Of a stretch of DNA of 64,000 nucleotides, positions 19,219 to 29,692 are shown in pieces. The DNA is taken from the NCBI GenBank assembly GCA_963765495.1, contig CAVXWP010000014.1, positions 32,001-96,000 of the forward strand, written 5' to 3'. Position 1 is the stretch's first letter, and each line of letters opens with the position of its first letter. A program made the translations under genes and the position numbers. The DNA comes from Blastocatellia bacterium. GTDB taxonomy: Bacteria > Acidobacteriota > Blastocatellia > UBA7656. The notes beneath the pieces were generated by a model, which did not search any database, had not been told where the DNA came from, and saw nothing but the letters and a program-made list of their open reading frames with translations.

Positions 19219-19791
19219 CTAGGCCTTGCGTATGCTGTCTACCATCTTATTGAAGGCGGCCTGATTTTTCTCCCATGTTTGCGGGTCTGCAAAGCCGACT
19301 ATCAATACAGGCTTTTTGGCATCGAGCAGTGTAAAACTCCATTCGATTTTCTGGCCCTCTATTATCCCTGTGCCGGTGTTTGTGACCGTGGACATGCCGT
19401 TGAGGTTGCCTTCTTTTGCCTCTCCGTTAAATTCGGGGTTCTTGATTATCTTGTCGAGTTCCTCGGTTATGGCATCTACGGCCTTATCCCAATCCTCTTC
19501 GGTGCTGACCGAAAAGACTATGGCCACGCCGTTATCCGGGGAATTTACCACAAGGGTGTCGCCATCCTGCTTTTTTTGCCATCCTGCGGGCAGATCGAAC
19601 TGAATGCCGGCTTCCGTATGTGTCAGGGTCTCGGGCTGGCTCGGAGCCGCCACAGTCTTTACGGCCGGGGCCGTATTGGTGTTTGCGTCCGCGCTGTTTG
19701 TGCTTCCAGAGTACTTCACTGTGCAAGCACTAAAGAACGCGCAGATACTCAATAGCGTTATTGCTGCAATCATCGATTTACTGATCTTCAT
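19219..19791 (-). CDS. Putative lipoprotein
   Basis: Lipobox FSAC, Ser/Thr/Asn linker, AAGGAG RBS. Confidence 0.85.
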   Translation of the reverse strand: MKISKSMIAAITLLSICAFFSACTVKYSGSTNSADANTNTAPAVKTVAAPSQPETLTHTEAGIQFDLPAGWQKKQDGDTLVVNSPDNGVAIVFSVSTEEDWDKAVDAITEELDKIIKNPEFNGEAKEGNLNGMSTVTNTGTGIIEGQKIEWSFTLLDAKKPVLIVGFADPQTWEKNQAAFNKMVDSIRKA

Positions 19792-20702
19792 CTTTTTTAT
19801 CTCCTTTTAGAATCATATTCACATCAAATTTTCATACTCTCTCCCCAATCTGCCGAAGATAACTGCGCGGCCACGTGCCGCGATAGCTATGCCCCACCCT
19901 TATTTAATAGCGAGACCGATTGATCTGCTGTCTTGCGACAATATTAATGTGATTCGAAAACTCAAAGCGCCTTTGATTATTCAGCACCTCAACCGGCAAG
20001 AACGATGGGGTTGGCAGAACCGGGTTTAAGGCCTGGTTCTCTCTTGAGGCGATTCATGGCTTTTAAACCATAATTTCGTTCTGAAAGAGTTGGTAGCCAA
20101 CAGCGAGTATAGCAACTAATCTGCGCTTTGCAACTTGTTTCAGATTTCAGAAATCCGCGCTACTATCGTCAGTTCAATCTGCCTGTGTAAAGGGTTAGCA
20201 TTGGTTAAAGCGCACTCCATGCATAGTATTTTTTCATACTATACTCCCGGAGTAATCCGCATTGGACTCTGGCCGCGAATTATCGGGGATTTGCGCGAAT
20301 TGCTCGTCTATATCTTCAATAAACGCGGGGCTATCTTTCTGATAAACCAAAATGGAGGCCGCTCTAAAATCACAGGTGTCTTTGTCATGCCCGAATTTCG
20401 ATTTGCTACTTCTTGAGCCATCCGAGCAACCCGTGCCGGGTGTCTTGTGGTAGAGGCAGCCGATTGTATCGGTCAGAGGTATCTCTTTCGGGCGGGCCTT
20501 GACGCGATTTCGCGCGTTGTCGCAGTAGAGGTTCACGGCTATCATCAGCCCATTTCAGGTGAGCAAAGCGGTCATGGTATAAGGTGGCGATTACAAGAGG
20601 CAAATAAAGACAATTGACGCTCCATTGCTTAGGCAGTAGAATCTCCGTTGACAGGCCAAATCTCCAAATTTATATAATTTACAGCCTCCCGAGAAGATTG
20701 AC

Positions 20703-23700
20703 ATGCAAACAGCCAGAAGAGACAGAATGAGAGATATCTTTGACGAGGTTGCTCGCGGAAGCGATCTTGATCGCACTCTTGGTCTTATTGCCGATCAGAT
20801 AGCCGCAGACCTCGGCGCGCCTACCTGCAAAATATGGGTAGTCAAGCGGGGTGATATTTGCAGACGTTGCCCGCTTGCCGATTCGTGCCCCAATCGCCAG
20901 ATGTGCATGCATCTGATCGCGGCAAGCGGGGCCGCGATAGACAAAGAATATTCGCGCATACCGCTGTCAATCTTCAACGCGTCTTTGATTGCGCGCGGCG
21001 GGACTTCCGATTTCAGCGATCCAAACGACGGAGGCGAAAAGCTCTTTGGTCTCCAGCACGGAGCGCAAAATGGGGGCCGCGATTGCTATGCGCTTTATCC
21101 GCTCAAGAGCGCATCGGGAACGGTCGGCCTGATCGGAGTGTTCAACCACCGACTCATCACACCGGAAGAGATGTACGCGCTCGCTCAGATGGCTCCTGTG
21201 GCGGTGGCGGCCATTCGCGTGGCAGAGCTTGTAAGCAGATCGGATTCGCTTCGCTATCGCCTCGAACACAAACCCGCTTCCGCCTCCGATGAACATCCGT
21301 TGTCTGCCCGGGAGGGAGAGCTTGAAGAAGCGGTCGCTCAACTGACCAGACAGGTGGCGCAATTGCAGGTCGAACGCGATTCGCTGCTCCGCAAAGATGG
21401 AGAAGCCGACAGCCACCCGCTGCAACTCGAATCCGAAAACCGACTGCTGCGCGAGCGTCTCGATTCGATTGAAGCGAAAGGGCAGGAGATCAACCTCACG
21501 CACGCGAAACTCGCCGACGAGATCGAGACCGAGCGCACCCGCGTCGCCGAAGAGACCGCATCGCTCAAGTCTCGCTTCGCAACCCTTGAACAAGAGATGG
21601 AGCGTCTCGGCGAACTCCGCAATGCTTTGACGAAAGAACTCTCCGAACGCGACCAGGTCATCGAAGAGTTGAGGGCGGGTCTTGCGGCCGCGCATCAAAG
21701 GGAAGAATCTCAAAATAGCTCTATATCCGCATTCGAGCAACAAGTCGCTGCGCTCGAAGAGGCGAACGCAAGTTTGCGCGAGCAGAACACGGCCATCGGC
21801 GACAGCATTGACGATCTGGAGCGCTCATTGCGCATAGCCGAAGATGTGAGGTCGCGGTTGGAGCAAGACCGCGTGGCGCTCGAACAGCGTAACACGGAAA
21901 TGTCGGAGGCGACCGACAGTGTGCGCAAGGAGATCAGCCGCGTGAGCGCCGAAGCCGAACAGCTTGCGGCTGAACATGCAAGACTGCTCGATGAAAATGC
22001 AAGGCTTACTTCCGAATCGGAACAGTCGCGGGGCGACATTCAAACTAATTCCACCCGCATCTCCGAGCTTGAACAGGAGAACGCGGCATTGATTGAGGTC
22101 AACAAACAGCTTGAAGCCGCTGCCGCGCAGTTCGAATCGCTCACGGCCAGGCTCGAAGAAAGCGCGACCAGACTGAGCGATCAGGTCGCCTCCGAAAGCC
22201 AGGCTCGCGCTGCGCTCGCCGAGCACAGCCAGACGCTCGCGGAAGAAAACCTCCGACTGAAACGAGAGGGCCAGTCAAAGGCGCTCCTTTTTGCCAACCT
22301 CTCTCACGAATTTCGCACTCCCATGAACGCCATAATCGGGTTCACCTCCATGATTATGGAAGACCGGGCGCTCCTGCTTTCTGATCGCCATCGCAGCAAT
22401 CTGGATCGCGTTTATTCGAACGCCCGAGACCTGCTCGAACTCATCAACAACGTGCTCGATCTGTCGAAGATCGAAGCCGGACGCATGGATGTTTATTCGG
22501 AACCGGCAGACGCGCGCGATCTTATCGAGCGCTCGCTCGGAGTGGTCGAACCGCTTGTCGCAGGCCGCGCGCTCAAACTCTCGATGGAAATCGCCGACGA
22601 TCTGCCCAAAATGCGCACGGATCGGATGAAGCTACAGCAGATATTCATCAATCTGCTTTCGAATGCCATAAAATTCACTCCCGAAGGCCAAGTGAAAGTC
22701 ACGGCCGCGCGCGAAGGCACGGACCGCGTTCGTTTGAGCGTGAGCGACACGGGCATCGGCATAGCCGAATCCGACATCCCGAAGATATTCGAGGAATTCC
22801 GTCAGATCGGCGCTCATAATCAGGCGCGCGGTACGGGGACCGGGCTCGGGCTTGCCATCACTCGCCGTCTCGTAGAATTGCTCGAAGGTGAAATAGCCGT
22901 ATCGAGCCGCCCAAACGAAGGCTCCGTATTCACCGTCACTTTGCCCATAGAGATCGAAAGCCGCGTGACCGATACATCCGCACTTGCGGCTTTGCCCTCA
23001 GACCCCGACCGCACCGCGCTTGTGATCGACGCCGACCCGGCTTCGCTCTATCTGACAAGAAAGTATCTCTCCGAAGAATCCTACTCGGTCGCCGTCTCTG
23101 AAGATGCGAATCGCGGGATCGAGATAGCGCGGCTCGCGCAGCCGTCTCTCATCACCGTGGACCTGGATTCGCTTGAAGACGGGCCGGGCATCATCCGTAA
23201 GATCGCGGGCGACCGAAAGGCGGGTCTGCTGATTGCCATTTCGTCAAATGAGTCGGCCAAATTTCGCGCCATCGAGGCCGGTGCCGATCTCTTCCTGCTC
23301 AAACCCGTCGAACGCGAGGAGTTGATTAAAGCTTTAGAACAGACATCCGCAACCGCGCAAACGGGTGGGCGGGTGCTCATCGTAGACGACGACCCCGACG
23401 CGCTCAATCTCGCTGTGGAGATGATCGAAGGGAGCGGATATGAAATCCTCAAAGCGACAGGCGGACGCGAAGCCCTCGAAATGATCGCGGGTGCGCGGCC
23501 CGATGTCATCATACTCGACCTGACGATGCCTGAGATGGACGGGTTCGAAGTGGCGCACCGACTAAGCCTGAACGCCGACTGGCGCGATATTCCTATCATA
23601 CTGCTCACGGCGCGCGACCTTTCGCACGATGAGCGCCGCGCACTTGGCGCAAACACCATGAGCACAATTCAGAAAGGCCGCTTCAGCCGAAAAGAATTGC

Positions 23701-23777
23701 TGGCTGAGATCAAAAAGGCGTTGAGCGCGACATCAGAAAAGGCGGGCAAACGGAGAGGCGCAGAGGCCGAAGGATAG
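20703..23777 (+). CDS. Soluble hybrid histidine kinase: Cys-rich GAF, long coiled coil, HisKA, HATPase, 2 REC
   Basis: CRRCPLADSCPNRQMCMHL; SHEFRTPMNAIIG; NAIKFT; GTGLGL; LDLTMPEMDG. Confidence 0.93.
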   Translation: MQTARRDRMRDIFDEVARGSDLDRTLGLIADQIAADLGAPTCKIWVVKRGDICRRCPLADSCPNRQMCMHLIAASGAAIDKEYSRIPLSIFNASLIARGGTSDFSDPNDGGEKLFGLQHGAQNGGRDCYALYPLKSASGTVGLIGVFNHRLITPEEMYALAQMAPVAVAAIRVAELVSRSDSLRYRLEHKPASASDEHPLSAREGELEEAVAQLTRQVAQLQVERDSLLRKDGEADSHPLQLESENRLLRERLDSIEAKGQEINLTHAKLADEIETERTRVAEETASLKSRFATLEQEMERLGELRNALTKELSERDQVIEELRAGLAAAHQREESQNSSISAFEQQVAALEEANASLREQNTAIGDSIDDLERSLRIAEDVRSRLEQDRVALEQRNTEMSEATDSVRKEISRVSAEAEQLAAEHARLLDENARLTSESEQSRGDIQTNSTRISELEQENAALIEVNKQLEAAAAQFESLTARLEESATRLSDQVASESQARAALAEHSQTLAEENLRLKREGQSKALLFANLSHEFRTPMNAIIGFTSMIMEDRALLLSDRHRSNLDRVYSNARDLLELINNVLDLSKIEAGRMDVYSEPADARDLIERSLGVVEPLVAGRALKLSMEIADDLPKMRTDRMKLQQIFINLLSNAIKFTPEGQVKVTAAREGTDRVRLSVSDTGIGIAESDIPKIFEEFRQIGAHNQARGTGTGLGLAITRRLVELLEGEIAVSSRPNEGSVFTVTLPIEIESRVTDTSALAALPSDPDRTALVIDADPASLYLTRKYLSEESYSVAVSEDANRGIEIARLAQPSLITVDLDSLEDGPGIIRKIAGDRKAGLLIAISSNESAKFRAIEAGADLFLLKPVEREELIKALEQTSATAQTGGRVLIVDDDPDALNLAVEMIEGSGYEILKATGGREALEMIAGARPDVIILDLTMPEMDGFEVAHRLSLNADWRDIPIILLTARDLSHDERRALGANTMSTIQKGRFSRKELLAEIKKALSATSEKAGKRRGAEAEG

Positions 23778-23847
23778 AGGAAGGACGTCACATCCGGCGC
23801 GTGCCGGGGTGATTTGATTGCGTCCGCGCCTCTCCGAGGTCTAGCCA

Positions 23848-24168
23848 TCAATCACGATCCTGACGGTCGTGAGTCTGGCGATAAATATTGCGGTTCGAGC
23901 GATCAAGCATGTGGTCGAGGCGGCGGCGCTCGCGGAAAGTCACGCGCCCGTCAGACCTTGCGTATCTCTCATATCCTCTGATTCTTGCCTGCTCGGCTCC
24001 GAGCCGCGCAGCCTCGCGTCGGGTAAGCTCTCCGTCGCGAATCCCATGACGTATTCTGTGAACCTGACGGTGCTCGCGTCTGTTTACGACCGGCGTCTGC
24101 GCCATCGAAATTACGCTTGAGCCTAATACGAAAGCGCCCAGTAAAAAAATGCCGACAAGTCTCTTCAT
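23848..24168 (-). CDS. Small secreted Arg-rich helical repeat protein
   Basis: Signal peptide MKRLVGIFLLG..SMA; RIxxGxxxGELTxxEAxRL repeat family. Confidence 0.8.
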   Translation of the reverse strand: MKRLVGIFLLGAFVLGSSVISMAQTPVVNRREHRQVHRIRHGIRDGELTRREAARLGAEQARIRGYERYARSDGRVTFRERRRLDHMLDRSNRNIYRQTHDRQDRD

Positions 24169-24328
24169 GTTTTCTCCCTTTCCCATCCGCCCTCGAAACA
24201 ATTCCGACTACATTGAATAAGACAGACGCCTGCGCTGAAAGGTTTGAAAATCTCTGAGAGGTTGATAATTCAGATGGAATTACGGAGGCCCAGGTTGCTG
24301 GCAAATTTGAGATGAGGGCTTGCTCTAA

Positions 24329-24904
24329 TTTCTGGCGCTGTCAACTCGTTCACATTACGCCAATCCGAACTGGTTTGCAGCCACTTGTGAATATTTTGAA
24401 CGTTCAATCAAAAGCTATGCAAACGAAGAAAACGTTTTCCAATATGCAGTGTTCTTACAGAATCACAATAAATTTAACGAGGCTGAAACATACTATCAAC
24501 GATGCGTGAAAGGATTTGGTCAGGAGATTTCTATAGATTTCAAAGCAACGACGTTAAACAATTTAGCGGTCTTGCACAGCGATAAAAACGAGTATGAGCA
24601 AGCGCAGAATGAATATGAAGAGGCGTTGACAATATATCGCCAGTTAGCGGAGGTGAATCCGGCAAGCTATCTGCCTGATGTGGCAATAACGCTGATAAAT
24701 CTTTCTATTTTTTATCTTCAATCCAAGCCACATCAAGAAGAGTCTATTAAATTCGTATTGGAGGCAATACGGATTCTTTTGCCAATCGTTGAGCGTATTC
24801 CTTATACACAGCCTTATCTGCAAACAGCGAAGGCTATTATGAAAGCATGGGGCTTGAGCGATGAAGAAATCCGGCTTTTGATTGAGAACAAACAGGAAAT
24901 GTAG
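24329..24904 (+). pseudogene. 5'-truncated, AT-rich TPR protein remnant
   Basis: Frame open from just after TAA (24326-24328) with no good start or RBS; TPR motif ATTLNNLAVLH..EEALTIYRQLA. Confidence 0.6.
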
Positions 24905-24937
24905 TGAGAAGAATATCCCTCCAGCGATAGAGCGTAT

Positions 24938-25771
24938 TCATCGGCGGAACAACAAAGAGATAGTCATCACAAGCCCGATCACTACTACCGCGCGGCGAAC
25001 GAAACGCGGCCCGAGCATTTGCGCAAGCCCCGCTCCGCCGTAGCCTCCGGCAATCGCGCCCACGGCCATAATGAGAGCATCCGCCCAGTTGACGCTGCCT
25101 GACAGGCTGAAATAAACGGCGGCGATCCCGTTGATCGAAAGCCCGAGGAAATTCTTTAATCCGTTCATCTGATGAATGTTCGTAAAGCCGAGCAGACCCA
25201 TCGCGGCGAGCATCAGTATGCCTGCGCCCGCGCCGAAATACCCGACATAGATCGCCACGAAAAACTGAAACACAATCGCGCCTATCCACCAGCTTGTGCG
25301 AGGGTCGCCCTCCCGCTGATCTGCCTGCGAGTCCGAGGTCTTTCTATCGCGGCGGCGCAGCATCTTATTTACAGGCTCTCCGGCGGCAAACAACACGGTG
25401 GCAAAGAGAATCAGATAGGGAATTATCACGGCAAATGTCTGCGAAGGCGTGCGCAAAAGCAGATAAGCGCCGACTATGCCGCCCACGATTGAAGGCGCGC
25501 CGAGCATAATCATCCATTTACGGCTGCCGACCAGTTCCCGGCGATAGCCGATCATTCCCCCGATTGACGCGGGTATAAGCCCGAGCGTGCTTGTTATGTT
25601 GGCTACTATGGGGTCGCGGCCCATCCACAGCAATGTGGGAAAGGTGAGCAGAGTGCCGCCGCCCGCGACCGCGTTCATCATCCCGGCGACGAAGGCGGAA
25701 AAGAAGATGGCCAGCACGGAAAAAATTGAAGTGTAGGGCAAAAAGGCAAACAGAAGAGTAGCCGCTATCAT
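24938..25771 (-). CDS. TauE/SafE (TSUP) family sulfite exporter-like membrane protein
   Basis: AGMMNAVAGGGTLLTFP, YVGYFGAGAG. Confidence 0.9.
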   Translation of the reverse strand: MIAATLLFAFLPYTSIFSVLAIFFSAFVAGMMNAVAGGGTLLTFPTLLWMGRDPIVANITSTLGLIPASIGGMIGYRRELVGSRKWMIMLGAPSIVGGIVGAYLLLRTPSQTFAVIIPYLILFATVLFAAGEPVNKMLRRRDRKTSDSQADQREGDPRTSWWIGAIVFQFFVAIYVGYFGAGAGILMLAAMGLLGFTNIHQMNGLKNFLGLSINGIAAVYFSLSGSVNWADALIMAVGAIAGGYGGAGLAQMLGPRFVRRAVVVIGLVMTISLLFRR

Positions 25772-25785
25772 TATGCTCTTGTCCT

Positions 25786-27000
25786 TTACGTTGCGGCTTC
25801 GTTCAAATAGCGGCGCGCGACGCGAGTCATAATCTCGACGCCCAGTTCGAGCGCCGATTCGTCAATGTCGAATCGCGCAGAGTGATGAGGGTGCACCAGC
25901 CCGCGCTCATCGTTTCGCGTGCCGAGGAAAAAATAACAGCCCGGTACTCGTTCAAGGAAATAACACATATCTTCGCCGCCCATTGTGCGCTCGTCGATCA
26001 CTATATTGTCGGGGCCTACGACTTCGGCGGCGCAATCGGCTACGAGGCTGCACATCTCTTGATTGTTGACAAGCGGCAGGGTATGTCTTATGTAGTCAAA
26101 TTCATAAGTCGCGCCCATACTCGCGCAGACACCGCGAATCACGCGCTCGATCATCTCGGGGATAGTCGCATGAGTCTCTCGATTAAAGGTGCGTACGGTT
26201 CCCCGCAGAGTAGCCGTGTCGGCTATCACGTTAAAGGCCGAGCCCGCGAAGAATTTGCCTACGGTCACGACCGCCGGATCAAGCGGCGAAATATTGCGGC
26301 TCACGACCGTCTGAAGCGCGATCACGATTTGAGCGGCGGTAACGATTGTGTCAACGGTCTGTTGCGGCATAGCGCCGTGGCCTCCTCTGCCGTGAACGGT
26401 CAACTCGAATTCGTCTACGGCGGCCATCATCGCGCCCGTGTAAACGCCGACCTTGCCTACGGGCAGGTTGTTCCAGACGTGGAGTCCGACCGTAGCCGAA
26501 ACCTGGGGGCTTTCCAGCACGCCGTCTTCGATCATAGCGACCGCGCCCTTGCCGCCTTCTTCGGCCGGTTGGAAGGCAAACTTGATATTGCCGCCCAGTT
26601 GATCGCGCTCGCCGATAAGACGCCTTGCGACAGCCAGCCCGATTGCCACGTGCGCATCATGACCGCAGGCGTGCATTACCCCGTCGTTTTGCGAGCGGTA
26701 TTCAACGTTGTTCTCTTCATACACGGGAAGCGCATCCATGTCGGCGCGATAGAGCAATGTGCGAGGCGCAGTCTGTTTTGCCCCGCCCATTTTATCGCTC
26801 GCTTTGAGCAATCCGACAACGCCTGTTTTCCCGACCTCGCTCTCGACCTCATAGCCGTACTCGCCCAAACGGTCGGCGATGGTGCGCGCCGTGAGTTGTT
26901 CGTTGTATGCCAGTTCAGGATGCCTGTGAAAATAGCGACGGTCGGCTATTAGTTGTTCAATCTCCGTCTGCTCAAGCGAGGTTGCGAAATTATCAGCCAT
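25786..27000 (-). CDS. M20D amidohydrolase
   Basis: HRHPEL, RADMDAL, MHACGHDAH, FQPAEE, GGED, HH..F.IDE. Confidence 0.93.
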   Translation of the reverse strand: MADNFATSLEQTEIEQLIADRRYFHRHPELAYNEQLTARTIADRLGEYGYEVESEVGKTGVVGLLKASDKMGGAKQTAPRTLLYRADMDALPVYEENNVEYRSQNDGVMHACGHDAHVAIGLAVARRLIGERDQLGGNIKFAFQPAEEGGKGAVAMIEDGVLESPQVSATVGLHVWNNLPVGKVGVYTGAMMAAVDEFELTVHGRGGHGAMPQQTVDTIVTAAQIVIALQTVVSRNISPLDPAVVTVGKFFAGSAFNVIADTATLRGTVRTFNRETHATIPEMIERVIRGVCASMGATYEFDYIRHTLPLVNNQEMCSLVADCAAEVVGPDNIVIDERTMGGEDMCYFLERVPGCYFFLGTRNDERGLVHPHHSARFDIDESALELGVEIMTRVARRYLNEAAT

Positions 27001-27015
27001 AAGTTTCTCCTAAAT

Positions 27016-27390
27016 CAGTGGTCAGTGGTCAGCGCGAATCAGATCAGCAATTCCCGGTCAGGCTGTAAGTTGATGAAATCAAAAGAGGAAGCGAAAAAGA
27101 TAATTGCGAAAGTAAATTCTGTTGTACCAACAGTTATAGCAAAATCGGATAGATGTAATCGGTGTTTTGCGCTAAGTGCTGTGATTGCCTTAATTACAAC
27201 GCAATTTCACGATTTCTAATCTCCTTTGTTCGCTTCAATTCCGGTCTAACCGGGAATCGCTGGAAACAGATCCGCGTAAATCCGTCGCATCCGTCGCATC
27301 CGGGGCCTATTCCCATTTACCAATCTGGGGATTCCGGTTTAATCAGAATCTTTACTCGACTCGCCACTGACCACTGACCACTGCTCACTG
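27016..27390. repeat. Nested palindromic element (CAGTGGT heptamer arms enclosing a ~60-bp imperfect inverted repeat)
   Basis: cagtggtcagtggtcag ... ccactgaccactgaccactg; inner cagcaattcccggtcag..aattgcg / cgcaatt..ctaaccgggaatcgctg. Confidence 0.75.
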
Positions 27391-27395
27391 CCTGC

Positions 27396-28538
27396 TTACC
27401 TTATCCGGTCAAGGCCGTGTGCGTCATCAGGCGAGGCCGGTTCGTTTTCGGCGGCGCGTTTGTGCTCATCGGTCAGCAACTTCATCATCTCTTCGCGGCG
27501 CTCATAGAGTCGCTTGAGCCTTCTGGGTTTGTGGCGGGCAAGCGCGTAAGCTGTGATTATGGGCAGCGCAATCGTCGAGTCGAGATAACAGACCACCGCG
27601 TCGGGCAGGCGGTCGGGATCAATCTTGCCCCAGCTCACGGCTTCCGAAGGCGAGGCCCCCGACAGACCTCCTGTGTCGGGGCGAGCGTCTGTCACCTGTA
27701 AAAAGTAGTCGTGACCTTTCTCTTCGATCTTCAGCACTTCCTGAATCTGCGGCTCGGTCTGGAGCAGGAAGTTTTTCGGGCTTCCGCCGCCGAGGATAAA
27801 GACGGCCGACTTGCCGCCTCCGCGCTTTGCGGCGAGCACTATGGAGGCGGTTTCGTTCACATCCGCCGTCACATCATAACGGAGCCTGTTTCCTGTGAGC
27901 GCCTTTGCGGCCACGTTCATGCCGATGGAACTGTCGCCCGGCGATGATGTGTATATCGGCACGGCGGCTTCGTATGCCGCGGCCAGCACGCTCTTGCGCC
28001 CGATATTCAGGACGCGCTCGCGCTCGGCAATGTATTTGCCCGCGAGATAGTGAAATTCCGCCGTGCTCATATCGCGCTGAAACTCCGCGCCCTCGATCAT
28101 CTTGCGATAAAAAGAGTCGGTCGAAAGCAGCACGTCATAATCGAAGAATATGTCATAAATGCGGACTACGCCTTCTTCGCGCAACACTACGTCGGAGATT
28201 TGCGGATTGCCTCGATGCATACGAAGACCTATGCCGAAGTGTGTATCGTGATAAAGATTCGCGCCGGTCGAGACTATCCAGTCAACAAAGCCGTTTTCGA
28301 TAAGCGGAATTACAGATGACATTCCAAGCCCGGCAGGCGTAAGCGCGCCGGTCAGGCTCATCCCTATCGTCACATCGTCTTCGAGCATCTTCTCTGCGAA
28401 TAGCTGACAGCCCTCGCGCAGTCGGGCCGCGTTGTATGCGAGGAAGGCCGACTCTACAAGCTCGGCCACGCTCATCTCTCCGGTTACAGGTTGCGGGTCT
28501 ATCGCGGACCCGCCTAGAAAATTGTGTCTGTTCGCCAT
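27396..28538 (-). CDS. Deoxyhypusine synthase-like protein (probable homospermidine synthase)
   Basis: [30 protein letters not shown]. Confidence 0.9.
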   Translation of the reverse strand: MANRHNFLGGSAIDPQPVTGEMSVAELVESAFLAYNAARLREGCQLFAEKMLEDDVTIGMSLTGALTPAGLGMSSVIPLIENGFVDWIVSTGANLYHDTHFGIGLRMHRGNPQISDVVLREEGVVRIYDIFFDYDVLLSTDSFYRKMIEGAEFQRDMSTAEFHYLAGKYIAERERVLNIGRKSVLAAAYEAAVPIYTSSPGDSSIGMNVAAKALTGNRLRYDVTADVNETASIVLAAKRGGGKSAVFILGGGSPKNFLLQTEPQIQEVLKIEEKGHDYFLQVTDARPDTGGLSGASPSEAVSWGKIDPDRLPDAVVCYLDSTIALPIITAYALARHKPRRLKRLYERREEMMKLLTDEHKRAAENEPASPDDAHGLDRIR

Positions 28539-28618
28539 CTTTACCTCAAATTAATAACCTCGATTTTTTTGACAGGGTTTACCTGATTTCTGTCAAATTC
28601 TTTTTCACCTGTCGCGCT

Positions 28619-29059
28619 TCACTCGGCAAGGTAAGGCGTGAGCCGCTCGATTATTTCAGCCGGTATAGGCATGGATTTGAAAGTAGAGCGACCGACACAG
28701 GCGAGCACTACGTGGCCGTCGGCAACCAGACCGCTCTCGCCTTTTCTGGTCACTTCAAACCGAAGTGTCAGCGATTTTGTGCCGAACCGCCCGACATATG
28801 CCGATACTTCTATCAGGTCGTCGAGAACCAGAGGCTTGCGAAAATCGAAATGGATTTGAACTCTCGGAAGCCAGATATCGAGACGGTCGAAGACCTCGGA
28901 GTAAGGCAGCCCCACAGCGCGGAACAACTCCGTCTCTGCGATTTCGAAAAATCTGAGGAACTGGCCGTAATAAATTATCCCCGCTCGATCCACATCCGAC
29001 CATCTGACCGGCTCTTCGATTGTAAACCGTTTGTGCATATTCAACCTTTCGGGTGACAT
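28619..29059 (-). CDS. Hot-dog acyl-CoA thioesterase (YbgC/4HBT family)
   Basis: VRWSDVDRAGIIYYGQFLRFFE. Confidence 0.9.
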   Translation of the reverse strand: MSPERLNMHKRFTIEEPVRWSDVDRAGIIYYGQFLRFFEIAETELFRAVGLPYSEVFDRLDIWLPRVQIHFDFRKPLVLDDLIEVSAYVGRFGTKSLTLRFEVTRKGESGLVADGHVVLACVGRSTFKSMPIPAEIIERLTPYLAE

Positions 29060-29175
29060 TCGATTGTAGACAATCGAAAACCGCTTGTCATCTCAGGTCT
29101 TCGCGCGTCTGTGATATTATTCATCCCCGGTCGCCTTCAAGCAGCCGAAAAGCGCTTTTAGGACATCTAAAAATC

Positions 29176-29667
29176 GTGAAACGAACAGTGCAAATCACAG
29201 GGCTTGTGATCGCGCTCCTGTACGCGGCAAGCATAATCTGGCTTTATGTGCGCCAGCCGCGCACATTTGAAGAACTCAAGACTCAGGCGGCGGTCGAAAC
29301 CAGCGTCTATCGAGTCAAGCAGGAAAACTTCGATGAGGCCCTCAGACAATTTAACGCGGGCCAGTACCAGGTTGCTATCGCGCAGTTTGAACTGGCCGAC
29401 CCTGCGCGCCTCGACCCTCAGACGCAGTTCTATATCGCTTATTCTTATTACAAACTCGGAGGAGGCACCGTTTACGACGACGATGAGATGTTTAAGAAGG
29501 GGCTTGAAGCCGTAGATCAGTGTCTGCGTGTTGCGCCTAACAATATATTCGAGATAGACCGAACGGACCTTGAGATACGAAGCGCCGGAGTCTTGCGCGA
29601 GCGGTTTCAAGAAGGGCTGAAAGTATCGCCTTCGGATTTCAATCCGCTCAACTGGTTCAAGAGATGA
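29176..29667 (+). CDS. Membrane-anchored TPR-like hypothetical protein
   Basis: GTG start, N-terminal TM helix, helical repeat (FYIAYSYYKLG). Confidence 0.65.
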   Translation: MKRTVQITGLVIALLYAASIIWLYVRQPRTFEELKTQAAVETSVYRVKQENFDEALRQFNAGQYQVAIAQFELADPARLDPQTQFYIAYSYYKLGGGTVYDDDEMFKKGLEAVDQCLRVAPNNIFEIDRTDLEIRSAGVLRERFQEGLKVSPSDFNPLNWFKR

Positions 29668-29692
29668 AAGGCAGGCCCGGAGACTGATTCGA

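Noticed and set aside
19811-20690. Short ORFs 20135-20416, 20234-20545, 20406-20603 and a possible ncRNA
   Set aside because: No family signature or convincing structure; possibly decayed sequence
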